Assembly (NCBI RefSeq): GCF_006345805.1
Contig: NC_043002.1
Span: forward strand, 61,380,001-61,444,000
Length of the DNA: 64,000 bases
Reading direction: 5' to 3'
Source: Octopus sinensis
Lineage: Eukaryota
Position numbers and translations under genes: made by a program. This document shows positions 51,061 to 64,000 of the stretch, in pieces. Numbering within the stretch: the stretch's first letter is position 1; every line of letters starts with the position of its first letter. Under the pieces are notes generated by a model that ran no database searches, was not told where the DNA came from, and saw only the letters and a list, made by a program, of their open reading frames with translations.

Positions 51061-51565
51061 ATGAGGAAGTGCTGTCAACAAAAATGCAATATTTATAGCA
51101 ATTAAAATGTAAACTGTATTCCTTTTTTGAGATGCACCGCTTCGATGAGAATTCTAACCGAGGTTAGGTCATCCGGTAAATTTATAAATCAAAATAGTAG
51201 AGCTTACAGTTGAAGACGCTTCAAGGATTATAGAATAAATGACGACAGACAGTACGAAAACGTACAGCAATTAAAAAATGTGACAACATTACAGTGTACG
51301 ATTTAATGATTCTCGCAGAGTAACGTCATCAAAGTATGCACAAAATAAAAGAAGGTGATGGACAAACAGAGACACTGATTGTTATCCAGGAATACATAAA
51401 TAAAATACTAACGATTTGAATGAAAGTATGATTGCTGAAAAGCTTTGCATCTGTAACGGTACGGATAAAATGATACCGACATTGAGACGGATTAGAAGAT
51501 ATGGATTAATTTGTGAGATGCATGACTTTCCTGAAAAACGTTTTACTAAAGTTAGCAATATTATA
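51061..51565 (-). pseudogene. GPCR paralogue E, TM1-TM6 fragment, heavily decayed
   Basis: IILLTL, INPYLL, SWITISVS, ILIYKF, PNLG*NSHRSGA and YILIAINIAFLLT are recognisable across frames, with stops. Confidence 0.7.
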
Positions 51566-51822
51566 TTGGGTTGGTGCATAGTTATTGTGGTGTTTTTCTC
51601 AATAAATTTTACTCATCAAAAACAATAACAACGTTTAACAAAAACATCTTTTAATGATCATTCCGGAGCATATTCACCATCTACTTCAATTACTGCTTCC
51701 CATTTGCTTGGCAGACGGTCAGACCGTCATTTAAAAATGTTTTTCTTAAATATTGTTATCGTTTTTGTTGAAGTAAACTTCTTCAAAAAAAAAAAAGCCG
51801 CAATAATTATGAACCGACCCAA
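51566..51822 (-). mobile_element. 257-bp internally deleted mariner element
   Basis: TIRs TTGGGTTGGTGCATAGTTATTGTGG and its near complement, TA target duplication, transposase C-terminus DRLPSKWEAVIEVDGEYAPE*. Confidence 0.8.
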
Positions 51823-54800
51823 TAGAACCAGGTCTCTTTCAGATGTTTTACCGTTCAGCAGTTTTTGTCATGTCCGTTTTTGGGAGCGATGTTCTCACAG
51901 TAGTCACTCCATGGCTCGTCTAACCCCGTTTCTTCACTTTTGTGCTGCTTGTTTGCTACCCCAGTGTCTCCCCAAAATGATACTAGGTCATCCAAGGGAG
52001 AGAGATCCCCAAACTTTATGGTATCGCATTTTATACTGCAATAAGAACGCTTCTGAGTTTGCCGTAAACTTGTGTGTAATACATTTGTCGTAGTATTTTG
52101 TGCATTTATTGATAACAAAATTGTTCATTTACTGCCCGAAGGTCATGTTTAAGGGTCATTCGTTTGCCCGTTTGTAGTGCTTCTCGACATTTTGGATAAA
52201 CTTTATATAATCTATCTGAAGGATGCAGCTGATGGCTTGGGGTTTTACTATTTCCTTGGCGCCTAAAGATAGTGTCTGGTAACCAATACTTTTCCTAAAA
52301 CTGTTGTGAGGCGTTTGGATAAGGAGCTCCACAACACTCATCTCTTGGTAAATTACAATCATAACACAGTGTTTAAAAGTTATGATTATTAATCTCTGCA
52401 AATTTTTCTTTGAATACTTCGTTCCGTGCGGGTGACATGTTGTCAGTCAGTTTTCTATTAATTCGTGTGATAATTGTTCTCTCATGTAAATGTCTGTTAG
52501 TGCAAATGATGCAGATGTGTTTGAATTTTGCTAAGTGATTTGTCATGTGTTTGTATTTTTCCCTCAGTTACTCTTATGATGACGACCTCAACACCATTTT
52601 TTATATGTGTATATATGCATGTTTGTATGTGTGTGTATAAATATGTATATAAATGTATATACATATATGTATGTATGTGTATATACATATATGTATACAC
52701 ACAGACACATATACATGCATACATATATGTGTATGCATGTGTATGTGTGAGTGCGCGTGTGTGATCGGATATTAGTGGACAGGTTTGCCTTATTTTTTAT
52801 AAATAAGTTACACTGAAGCGCTTCCTAAATATCAGAATTTATATCTCAAAGAATAGAGAGAAACATGGGCGGGGGAGAAACACAGGATACGTGAAAGAGA
52901 GAAAGAGTAAAGAGTTTGACGTGAATACGTAGTAGATCTGGTGATCATTGTTTGTCAATAATTGAAGGGAGATTTTCTGAGCCGGTTGTCTTTTATGATT
53001 GAAGCTATGGGAAAAGGGTTAATTGTTCTCTTGACATTTTCCCTATACGCTTTATTGTGTTCATTACTTAAACGTTCTACAACAAATATCAAACTTCGAG
53101 TAATGAGAGTAAAAATTTTGTTTAATCACACAGATCATAGATAATGATGTCTTTCTTTCTCTAACTAAAATGTGTAATCACCCGAAAAGATTAATGATAA
53201 AATATTTTATAAATATTAATTTCCTAATTTTCGCCTTACAAAGAAACATTTATTCGCAAAGACAGTCGTGTATCTTTAGTAGTAAATTAGAACCAATAAT
53301 ATTAACAGTAAAATAAACATTCGATAAATGGTACATACATAATATTATAAATACAACCATTTTCAATAGCGAAAAAATGCCTGTATCACCAAATATCTTA
53401 GGACGGCCGTGAGTTCGAAATTAACGCACACTCTTCTTTTAGATTATATGCTTCGGCCAGTGGGATATAGCGATACTACGGTAACACCATCCGAACATTT
53501 ATCACTCTCTTTTTTGTTTTGTAGTTGTTATGCAGTGAAGAAAGGAATTAGAAACCGCTACTGACGAATGTACTCGTTGGAAGGATTTTGATACATTGTC
53601 GATCATAGGTCGGACAATACCTGAGTGCTGGTTACGTATATTCACACCCACAGAATGACTATGTGCTCTGCAGAATTATGGAAAGATTGTAATAGTTAAA
53701 ACTGCAAGTAATAACACATTAATATTCAAGATGTTGTGACTGCACTGTGGAACATAACACAAGGATGTGAATAAGTCTAAAGGGAAAATAATGATTTCCA
53801 ACCATGATGTACGCTTGTATCACTGCGTATCAGTCGATTTTGCGCTTCTCGAGTCATACCAAATCATACGGGTCTGATTCCCGATTTTATGGCGTATACA
53901 TTCTCCATCTGGACGGGATGCCGTTCCGTCGCAATTTTCTCAATTTTGCCAGCTGAGTAGACTGGGGCAACGTGAAATGAAGTGTTATTCAAATGAACAC
54001 GAGGAGAGCAGACTTGTCGAAAACTTGTAGAAATGTCTGAGGCAGATTCTACATAGCCTATACTTACAGAGTACCATTTCCCAAGTTCTTATTACGCATA
54101 TTGTGATCCGTAATTTGATGAAGAATATATATATATATATATTATGTATATTGTTTTCGTATACATTCGCTGCTTTCTTCCAAGGAATCTAATGTCCTTA
54201 GCATAATTTTTCATTGGGGCTGGCCAGATCGGAGCAATCGCGTGTATAAGCAGCCGAAATTGCAAAGATAATGTGGAACTCAACTGAGGAAAGAAAACTC
54301 CGAATGACCCGTCATTGTTTTTTTTGTGTCATCTATCTGGATGCTTTGCCTTCTTGTCCTATTTTGTATTATATATATATATATATATTATATATATATA
54401 TACTATACTATACGACGCACACCGTAATTCCCGGGGAGCAGGACTGTTCCCTTGGTTCTGCTGTTTTCATAACTTTTTCGCTAATCCAGTAACAACAAAG
54501 AAATTATGTAAACCTTGAAACGTGTTTTTTGCATTTACAGGGAATACCGAACTGTCTTGCTTTTAGGAATTCCCAATAAGTTACGAATACCGAAATTGTG
54601 AAGTCAGTTATGTAAGAATTCAAATAAAGTTGCTTCGAAAACGGCTTTAATGATTTCTCAGAGTATATAGAATATAGGAGGAAATTCTAATACGGTATGT
54701 ATACAAAAATCGTGAAGCATGTTACGTATTAACAATCTAATCAGATATGAGATAAAAGCTATTCAAAGTAAATAACTCAGAAATGACCTTCTGTGCATTC

Positions 54801-55258
54801 CCAGAGAATATTACCATCAGCGGCGCTAGTGTTGTTATATTCGTGAATAATTCACACACCAAAATAAGTGTATCTATTGTCTAGGAAATACTATTTACTT
54901 GTTCAAAGGTTGTACAGGATAAATTGCCGAAATAACTCTAACTGTTCAAGTACTACGCAATAAGCATACTTAATTTCAATTTTGCTAAATATTTTAGGAA
55001 AGTGAATGGGTTATTTCCCTTGGTTTTATATAATGATACATTCCAGCGGCGAATTGTTTATTTCCCTTGATTTTTAAAATTTATTAGGTATATAAAAAGA
55101 TCCCTTCCATGGGGCATAATATCAATTTTTTTTTAAAATTTGAGTATGCCGTGCTGTTTCCAAACGTGATTTGTTAGTTCTACTCACGTGTCAAGTTTCA
55201 TCAAAATCGATAAAACGATGAAAAAACACAGACAGACAGACTCTTCCCAATATGTAGC

Positions 55259-55313
<55 letters not shown>

Positions 55314-55315
55314 CT

Positions 55316-55520
55316 AAGGCAGAGATCGTGCGAACTCGTTAGCATACCGGGTGAAATGCTTAGCGGTATTTCGTCTATCCATAGTGTCTGAGTTCAAATT
55401 CCGCCGGGGTTTACTTTGCCTTTCATCTTTTCTTGGTCGTTAAATAAAGTACCAATGGAACACAAGAGTCGATGTAATCGAATTATCCCCTGCCCCACAA
55501 TGGCTGTTCTTGTGGCAAAA
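55316..55520 (+). mobile_element. SINE, decayed (family of 57054-57286)
   Basis: gaaatgcttagcggtatttcgtc..ctgagttcaaattccgcc. Confidence 0.65.
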
Positions 55521-57053
55521 TTTGACACACATACACCCCCCTATATATATATATATATGCATGTACACACACATACACATATGTGTGTGGGGGGAGTGCA
55601 TTCTTAGATATAATTATCATCCACTGTGTAATAACCTTATAACATGCATTTTATGGTTATTAGCTACAATACAAACCTGAAATTGTGCTTCATCGTATTT
55701 ATATAGTATAGTTTTTGCAGTCATTCAAAATCGAAAAAATTATCGCCATGAAATTAGTTATTCGGTCATTCTGTTTCGCATTAAACATTCTGTTAAAGGA
55801 TTTAACACTTACATCATTCAAATCAAAATGCACGTCGAGAGCATTGAAAATAGTCGGAACGCGAGGAAGCGTCTTTTCAAGCATTCAAATTCGCTTCGGA
55901 GCAATCTATTTAACACTTCGATCAATCAAATTAGTACGCTTGTTCTATTGGTTTTATCTCATCATCATTGTTATCATAATCATGTGTTTTCGTCTATTGT
56001 TTAAGCTTTCAACACTCTAACCTGCCCATGTCTTTTCTATGCGTTCTTTAAGTTTTTCATAGGTGCATGTATTTATTGTTAAAGACTTCTTGAATTCGTA
56101 TTCCAGCCTTTTCAATCTTTTTAAAGAATCTCACAACTAAGAATGCTAATTTTCTTTCAGTTTGAATATATTATGTTGTGATGTGTGTTCTTCCTTTGCA
56201 TAAAATGTCTTGTTGCGAAAAGTATATACTTCTTTGATTTTGCATTTTTTTCTTTCATCAGGGTAAGGGTGCTATGTGCACTAAGTTAATTATTTATTTA
56301 CAATCTTGATAAGGAGACTTCGTCTGAGAGGATTTAGCCGTCTATTTTCTGGCGGTCGAAGCATCACCTGAAGTAGATCTGGGTGTGTCTATACCAATGA
56401 ACACAACTTTCTGGAGAGATAGCGTCGATGTTACGCCTTACGAGCTGTTGTGTGACATGTACTCGAAATTCTTCCATGTCGGACATCAAGTAAGCTGATT
56501 CATCTGCTAGCAGAATTTCTGTGAATGCTCGAAATGTTTGCATCAAGAATTGCTCGAAAGAGTGGTGAACCAGGCCGAGTTCTCCCGACACCGCGAAAGT
56601 GACGTTGCAGTTTTTCCCACGCTGACGGTAGACAACTCAGCGAACAGGCACGCCGCGCGGGGCTCATCCGAAAGACACCCTGGTCAAAATGTACCCACAT
56701 TTATCAATGAATGTACAATGGCCGACGTCTCCTTCTTCCATGAACCAATGTGCGTACTCATATCTAGAATTCTTGAGACATTTCTTCCATATGGGAGTCT
56801 TTGGCCAACTTCATAGTTATCATCACCCCATCTACTGCCCGTGTAATTGCAGACACGGAAACAGGGAACTTTCCGGGCAATGCTGCATCTAAGTGCCTCT
56901 TCACCCATTGAACGGTTGCGAGTGGGTTGGCATCAATACTCACCTGAAGCCCGGATCGTATTTCCTCATCAACCTTAACGTGGTGGTCACCTCATCTGGG
57001 CAACTGGTGGGGCCACCCAGAAAGTAGGTAGGTCGCTAATTTGGATCGGGCAT

Positions 57054-57286
57054 AAGGCGGCGAGCTGGAAGAAACGTTAGCACGCCAGGCGAAATGCTTA
57101 ACGGTATTTCGTCTGCCGTTACGTTCTGAGTTCAAATTCCGCCGAGGTCGACTTTGCCTTTCATCCTTTCGGGGTCGATTAAATAAGTGCCAGATACGCA
57201 CTGGGGTCGATGTAATCGACTTAGTCCCTTTGTCTGTCCTTGTTTGACCCCTCTATGTTTAGCCCCTTGTGGGCAATAAAGAATTA
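57054..57286 (+). mobile_element. tRNA-derived SINE (Nin-like core)
   Basis: GGCGGCGAGCTGG..GAGTTCAAATTCCGCCGAGGTCGACTTTGCCTTTCATCCTTTCGGGGTCGAT. Inverted copy at about 59806-60005. Confidence 0.75.
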
Positions 57287-57668
57287 AATTTAGATCGGGC
57301 ACTACATCTTTTAATGCCAAGTATGTCTCACAGTTTCAGGTAATCGGTTTGATGTCCCTCAAGGCGTCAACTAGCCTTGCCCGATTTTCGTCCGGTATAC
57401 GTATATGCCTTCATGTGGCTCCATGATTACAAACTGGTGTATAAAAAAAAGAGATATAGGAGGGATATAGCCACCGGTTACAAAAGTTACAATGAAAAAG
57501 ACTTTCGTGGACAAAAGAATCGCGTAATTTATATTTTCCTTGCAGCTATTACAAGATAATATTTGCATGGCAAAACATGCAATTTGCATTTGTCATTTTC
57601 ATCAATCGCTTCATAGGAGTAAATACGCACATAAAATTAGTGCTAAATTGAATAAAGTTATTCCGATG

Positions 57669-57722
<54 letters not shown>

Positions 57723-58026
57723 AATAATAATATTTTTAAAAGGATTTACGTAACTGTTCATAAAAGTAAATAGTCAAGACGAAGAACATGATTCGATCGT
57801 AAGATATTTTATTGGTTGAACGATATTTCAAAAGTAAATCTGTCTTTGTCAAGTTCAAAATAAGAAGTTATAAGAATTCAGAATTATAGAAAGTTTAACG
57901 TATAGTATGAACGAGAGCAATCAGTTTTTTAGGTTACAATTACAACAGGCGGAAAGGAAAAGGCAGAAAAAACAAAAAATGAAGACGACGGGAAAAAAGG
58001 AAAGAAAAAGAGAGAAAGAAGAATAT

Positions 58027-58097
<71 letters not shown>

Positions 58098-58179
58098 GAT
58101 AATAATAATAATAGTAATAATAATCATGTTGATAATGAAAATAATAATAAAGGTTATAATAATTATAGAAATAATGATG

Positions 58180-58231
<52 letters not shown>

Positions 58232-58274
58232 TAATAGTAATAATGATAATAACTATAGACGATTTAGATCAATA

Positions 58275-59345
58275 ATAAAAACAGAGCTCAATGATAAAAG
58301 CAAGATAAAAGCTATTAACAATTTAGCCGTCCCAGTTATAAGTTACAGCTACATCCTTAACTGGACGCTAATTGAACTAACCAAAATAGACAGGAAAACA
58401 AGAAAAATAATGACAGGATCTAGGATGCATCACCCAAAATCTGATATAGAAAGGCTATATATACGACGTATAGAAGGTAGTAGAGGCCTTATACAGCTGG
58501 AAAACTATTATAAAATAACCACCATAGGACTGAAAAAATACCTACTTCAGAAGCAATGAAAACTAATACAAATAGCTACAACACACAAGCACAACAAAAA
58601 ACAGTTCTCGGTATTTAAGGAAGCTGACAAATACAAACAAGAAATTATACTACCTAACATATAAGAAGAAGAAACAACAAAAGCTATAAAACAAATGAAA
58701 TCCAAACAAAAAATAGAAGAGCAACGGACCATGATGAAACAATGGCAAGAAAAATCCCTTCATGGCAAATACTGGACTAAACTAAATGCAAAAGAAATAG
58801 ACAAAGAAAAATCCCAGCAATGGTTGAGAAGCTCAGGACTCAAAGCAGAGACAGAGAGATTATTAATTGCAGCACAAGACCAAAGCCTCCCCAACAGAAA
58901 TTAGCAAAAACATATAATGAAAACAAACATAACAAGTAACTGCAGAATATGTGAAGATCGGCTAGAAACAATAAATCAGATTATCGCTCGCTGCCCAGTC
59001 CTGGCTAAGAAGGAATATATTCACAGACACGACAGAGTTGGGACCCACATACACTGGAAGCTATGCCAACACTGTGGAATAACAACAGGAAAAGATTGTA
59101 TTGGCACACACTAGAAAATGTCACGGAAAACGAGAAAGCGACCATACTCAGGGATATGCAAATACACACAGATAGAAAAATTAAGGCCAACAGGCCATAT
59201 ATAGTTGTCAGAGATCACGAAGAAAACAATGCTTCCTAATTGATGTAACAATACCAGCAGATGACAACATGTCTCTAAAAGAAATGGAGAGACTTTCAAA
59301 ATACAAAGACCTGGAAGTAGAGGTAACTCGAATTTGGAATCTGAA
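58275..59345 (+). mobile_element. R4/Dong-like LINE fragment
   Basis: MHHPKSDIERLY, SLHGKYW..GLKAETE..AAQDQSL, CRICED, RHDRVG, NRPHIV, LSKYKDLE. Same family as 22730-23905. Confidence 0.8.
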
Positions 59346-59448
59346 AACAGTTAGTGGGGGAGCATCATAACCAATTGTTGAGAGGAATTCTGTGTTGTTT
59401 TGGATAATTACTCTCTAGGAACATGAGTGTTTCGTTCAGATTTATTAA

Positions 59449-59482
<34 letters not shown>

Positions 59483-60028
59483 AAAAGGTTAAGGTAGAAA
59501 ATGCTAAAATAATTATATAAAAAGCATTTCAGTACCCGTTTCAGTCGATGAGACTTTTTGAACTGTTAGTATGGAAAACAATATGCTTTATAATTATTAT
59601 TTCTATCTTTTGAGATTACAATTTTGAAAATATATTTTGTTGTGAGATCATCATGTCGCGCACATGTGGTTGTTATACATGAGCTTGGTATACACTTACC
59701 TGATGGGTAGTCATGTTGGATATAGACGGCTTCATATATTTGTACCCCAATGTCACTGTGAGGGCATGCGCTGCTCTCTCACTCAATAATGATAATCATT
59801 TCTACTACAGGCATAAAGCCTCAAGTTTGGGGAAGGAAGATTGCTGATTACATCGACCCCAGTGTTTCACCGGTACTTAATTTATCGACCCCGAATGGAT
59901 GAAAGGTGAAGTCTACCTCGGCGGAATTTGAACTCAGTACGTAGAGACAGGCGAAATACCGCTAAGCACTTCACCTAGCGTGCTAAATATCCTGCCAGCT
60001 CACGGTTTTACTACTACTACTACTATTC

Positions 60029-60091
<63 letters not shown>

Positions 60092-60106
60092 TACTACTAC
60101 TACTAC

Positions 60107-60141
<35 letters not shown>

Positions 60142-60496
60142 CATCTCTGATGACGTAATGGGGGGAGAGTCACAGCTATGTATTGTGAGGAATTCTTTGG
60201 GGTTTGGATAATTCACCTTAGGAAACATATTTGTTTCGTTCAGCATCCTTAATCATTCCGTATTCAGAAACCTCTTGAGCGGGATGGGCTACTTGACCGG
60301 AAGAAAATTCTAGCTTGGCCTCACCTGCAAAGTCATGAGTTGTTAATCTCGATATGAAATCACCGTGTCGAGCACGTGTCTGATGTACACTTATCAAACG
60401 TGTAGTCATGATGGATATTCTGGGCTTCGTATATTTTAACTCAGTGTGACTTTGATCGCATGCGCTGCTCTCTCAATAATAATAATAATGATGATG

Positions 60497-60554
<58 letters not shown>

Positions 60555-60583
60555 TGATTATAACAACAATAATAATAATGATG

Positions 60584-60620
<37 letters not shown>

Positions 60621-60659
60621 GAAGAAGAAGAAGAAGAGAAGAAGAAGAAGTAGAAGAAG

Positions 60660-61548
60660 AGTAATAGTCATAAAGCGAGCTAATAATACCGATGATGACA
60701 GAGCCCTTACTAATCAATGGTTAGTGTCTTCTGGCCGAAAATCAGAAATAGAATGTTTTGTCACAGCAGCCAAACATCAATGACTAACTACAAGGAGCTA
60801 CCAGGCCAACATGTTAAAAAATGGCGTGGCCCAACTTGTCGTGTATGTAAACAAAATGTTACCATTGATCATGTCTCCATGTGCAGTCTTCTTGCATCTA
60901 CAGAGTATCTCAAAAAGCATGATACAGCAGCAACGTATATTCACTGGGTACTTACGAAAAACCTGGAGCTGCCCCATGATAAAAGCTATTGAGAACGAAA
61001 ATTACCTCCAGTGCTTGAAAAGGATCACCTCTGATTCTTCTGGTACTTCACCGTTGAAACTGACGGAAAGATAGATGCGAATAGGCTAATCATTATATTG
61101 TAAAACTTCAGATAAAAACCATGCCTTCCCATTGATATGAGTGTCCCAATTGAAATATATGTAGCTGTCAAGACCTACCAAACACTTTCTTAAAAGAGAA
61201 ATTGGCAAAATGTGGAACCTGAAGGCTAACACAATACCTATCGTCATAGGTGCCCTAGGAATGATAGCAAAAGGGGCTGATTTCTAACTAGCTCAGATAC
61301 CAGGAAACTTCAAATTGACAGAACTGCCCATATCCTACGTAAAATACTATCTATGGAATCTAAAATTTTAAAACAACGTTATAAATTTCTTGTTTTCTGA
61401 AACATTCTCTAGAAGAATACTATGTGCAAAACCAAATATATGACACCCTAGGCATAACACCAACTTGAAATTCTAACGTGTTGTTTCTTGAGGTCTCTGG
61501 GTGGGACTGGGAGTCAACTTGTACAAATACAAAGCAAAAAAGTCAAAC
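60660..61548 (+). mobile_element. R4/Dong-like LINE 3' fragment
   Basis: WL.SSGRKSEIE, CRVCKQ..TIDHVS.C, KHDTAA..IHW, KMWNLK, 3' UTR and (AAT)n tail. Confidence 0.75.
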
Positions 61549-61569
61549 ATAATAATAATAATAATAATA

Positions 61570-61604
<35 letters not shown>

Positions 61605-62035
61605 GGCGCAGGAGTGGCTGTGTGGTAAGTAGCTTGCTTACGAACCACATTGTTCCGGGTTCAGTCCCACTGCGAGGCACCGTGGGCAAGTGTCTTCTAC
61701 TATAGTCTCGGGCCGAGCAAAGCCTTGTGAGTGGATTTGGTAGACGGAAACTGAAAGAAGCCCGTCGTATATATGTATATATATATATATATATATAATA
61801 TATATATATATATGCGTGTGTGTGTTTGTGCGTCTGTGTTTGTCCCCCTAGCATTGCTTGACAACCGATGCTGGTGTGTTTATGTCCCCGTTACTTAGCG
61901 GTTCGGCAAAAGAGACCGATAGAATATGTACTGGGCTTACAAAAGAATAAGTCCCGGGGTCGAGTTGCCCGATTAAAGGTGGTGCTCCAGCATGGCCGCA
62001 GTCAAATGGCTGAAACAAGAAAAAGAGTAAAGAGA
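61605..62035 (+). mobile_element. tRNA-derived SINE (octopus-type)
   Basis: GGCGCAGGAGTGGCTGTGTGGTAAGTAGCTTGCTTAC..GGGTTCAGTCCC head with internal (TA)/(TG) tract. Confidence 0.8.
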
Positions 62036-62318
62036 GAGAATAATAATAATAGCAATAATAATAACAGTGATGATAATAATATTATATGAATAGTAGAAGT
62101 ACTAATAGTAGCCATAGTATTAGTAGTAGTAGTAGTAGTAGTAGCAGTATCAGCAGGAGCAGTAGTAGTAATATAGATGGCCATATCGGGGTAATCGCAT
62201 TGTGAATATAAGATTTATGTTACATGCGAAAATTACTCTGCGGATTTAATAACTAATACATTTAAACAATGGATGCATGAATATATTTTGATACATACGT
62301 ACACATATATACCTCACC

Positions 62319-62391
<73 letters not shown>

Positions 62392-62396
<5 letters not shown>

Positions 62397-63530
62397 GTTG
62401 GGGTGAATATAATTTCGTTGAAATCATGCAAAACTGAAAATAACACTGACATTTCAAAAGTATCTTGAAATACTAAAGATTAAATTTATTTAATAAAGTC
62501 ACCATTCAATCACGATCTCCAGACGACTTCGGAATCTCCTGCAACTCTTCTGAACAGTCGCGCCGCGCACAATAACAAAGGAGGTGGTAGTCTCGGGAGT
62601 TAGGTGGTCAGATATGATGTGTCGCAGAAATTGTCTAACAGCCAATGACTGATTTCTCCTGCTTTTGTGGTGTGGTGCAGATTCCTGCGTCTTTCTGTTG
62701 TCATCCTCTTGACCCAATGCATTCCTACCTTCTCTAGGCACTTAACGTAGTCCTATCTGTGTTGAGTCTGAGGCCGTGTGGGAATGTGATTGGAGGTGTA
62801 ATGTCGCCATCACTAGTGATCAGTCCAAACACCATGATGTGGATTGAATTTTTCATTTTTATTATTCTCAGTACATGTTTTGGGGACGCGACAAGCGAAA
62901 GGTTCAGTTCTATATTTAAGAGATGAGGAATTATGTACATTATTTACATTATTTATATAGACCGTGACAGGAATTTCTTGTCGTCTGGGAAAAAAACAAA
63001 GCATGTTCGGTTGGAGGAGATATTTGTGTTTCTTCAAAAGCTTGGTAGCGCGGTCTTTACATTAGTTGTTGATGGCTTGGAATGTAAATTAGACTTTTCC
63101 CTTCTTGTATGAGAAATACGTCATGCACTACTTACCTGATAAGACACACCTATAGACCTGATTGATTTGGAGGGATCATTGGCAATCAAGGCCTGGATAT
63201 CACCAACATATTCAGGAATTGTTTTCTTATCAAAACGATCAGAGTGAGTTTTCCGAGCTGCCGTACCTTCGTAATCACCATTAGACTCACCCAGCTCTTT
63301 CTGAATCCTCTGCACTCTGAAATGTTCGTAGTGTCGCGTGAATGCCAAGCAGCAAAGTATGTCGTTTCCAAATCTCTGGCAGAGTGATTTGCGTCATGGT
63401 GCTATTTTTCTCACAAACGGTGCCCAGCTGACCCTACCACACTGTGTACTGAACAAAATCAAATGAAAACAATGGGCTTTCACGAAATTAAGACTATAAA
63501 ATGGTGACAATTTAAATATCGCACGCCATG
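62392..63530 (-). mobile_element. Decayed maT/DD37D-like transposon
   Basis: IMVFGLITSDGDITPP, QESAPHHKSRRNQ, CRRFRSRLE; degenerate terminal inverted repeats. Confidence 0.65.
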
Positions 63531-63606
63531 TTTATAGGAAACAAACAATCAAAGGAAGAACAAATAAAAATTAAAATGTTACCAAAGTGTTACACACATA
63601 AATAAT

Positions 63607-64000
63607 TTAGTTCAGTTTTTCTAGATTAGGGAGTTCAATACCAGGTTGACGGTCCTTTATGTAAAGTATTTTTCTGTTAGTTGTCTTCTTACAACATATT
63701 TGCTTCAAGTTTTCGCGGAACATTTTACTGGCAACGAAATACAAAATAAAGTTCAAACTGTTATTAGCACAAGCTAACGTATCCAATGATAAGTAAGTCA
63801 CAGAATCCATGCATCCATTTAGTGTCATTATGAAGTAGTAAATTGACACAGGGTATGTCGTCAACAAAAATATAATATTTATAGTAAAAACTATATAAAT
63901 GCTGTTCCTCAACCGTGCTGCAGAGTTGTGCTGTAAATTTTGGCCAAGGTTTGGTCGTTTAAGTAATTTGTAAGTCATAATGATAGAGCTGATAATTAAA
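63607..64000 (-). CDS. GPCR paralogue F, 3' half (TM5-TM7 and tail), 5' part outside window
   Basis: Frame is open to the window edge (LIISSIIMTYKLLKRPNLGQN...IFLLTTYP...ANNSLNFILYFVASKMFRENLK). The ORF-track Met at 63978 is internal. Confidence 0.8.
   Translation of the reverse strand, partial: LIISSIIMTYKLLKRPNLGQNLQHNSAARLRNSIYIVFTINIIFLLTTYPVSIYYFIMTLNGCMDSVTYLSLDTLACANNSLNFILYFVASKMFRENLKQICCKKTTNRKILYIKDRQPGIELPNLEKLN

Noticed and set aside
51830-52500. Possible transposase remnant (DRLYKVYPK)
   Set aside because: A single short motif; family cannot be assigned by eye.
53160-53480. Possible very decayed GPCR (HGRPKIFG...MVVFIILCMY)
   Set aside because: AT-rich DNA gives hydrophobic translations by chance; no diagnostic motif.
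34941-62035. tRNA genes in SINE heads (35.2, 46.1, 49.3, 57.1, 61.6 kb)
   Set aside because: Incomplete cloverleaves continuing into SINE bodies.

Overview
AT-rich, microsatellite-dense eukaryotic DNA. The SINE and LINE families most resemble octopus or another coleoid cephalopod (inference from repeat content). The backbone is a tandem cluster of six minus-strand class A (rhodopsin-type) orphan GPCR paralogues. Two are intact 307-aa intronless CDSs (738-1661, 14361-15284), three are pseudogenes (26.4-27.3, 34.5-35.8 and a split copy at 49.0/51.1-51.6 kb), and one open copy runs off the right edge (63607->64000). Between them lie a decayed Gypsy LTR element with a nested CR1-like LINE, R4/Dong-like LINE fragments in (TAA)n tracts, maT/mariner remnants, Helitron-like elements and tRNA-derived SINEs. 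The main unexplained signal is a dense, multi-family set of type I hammerhead ribozyme (HHR) motifs, folded by eye. (i) A 443-bp tandem array at 39.4-41.3 kb has one long-stem-II HHR per unit and an inverted terminal unit. (ii) A 363-bp tandem array at 30.4-31.3 kb carries HHRs with a compensatory U3-A8 core. (iii) Two further unrelated repeat families have minimal U3-A8 HHRs. (iv) A 450-bp palindrome carries two intact HHRs. (v) Several Penelope-type pLTR HHRs are present. Together these look like retrozyme/Penelope-type self-cleaving, potentially circRNA-forming elements embedded in a chemoreceptor-like gene cluster. No activity, expression or database novelty could be tested here.
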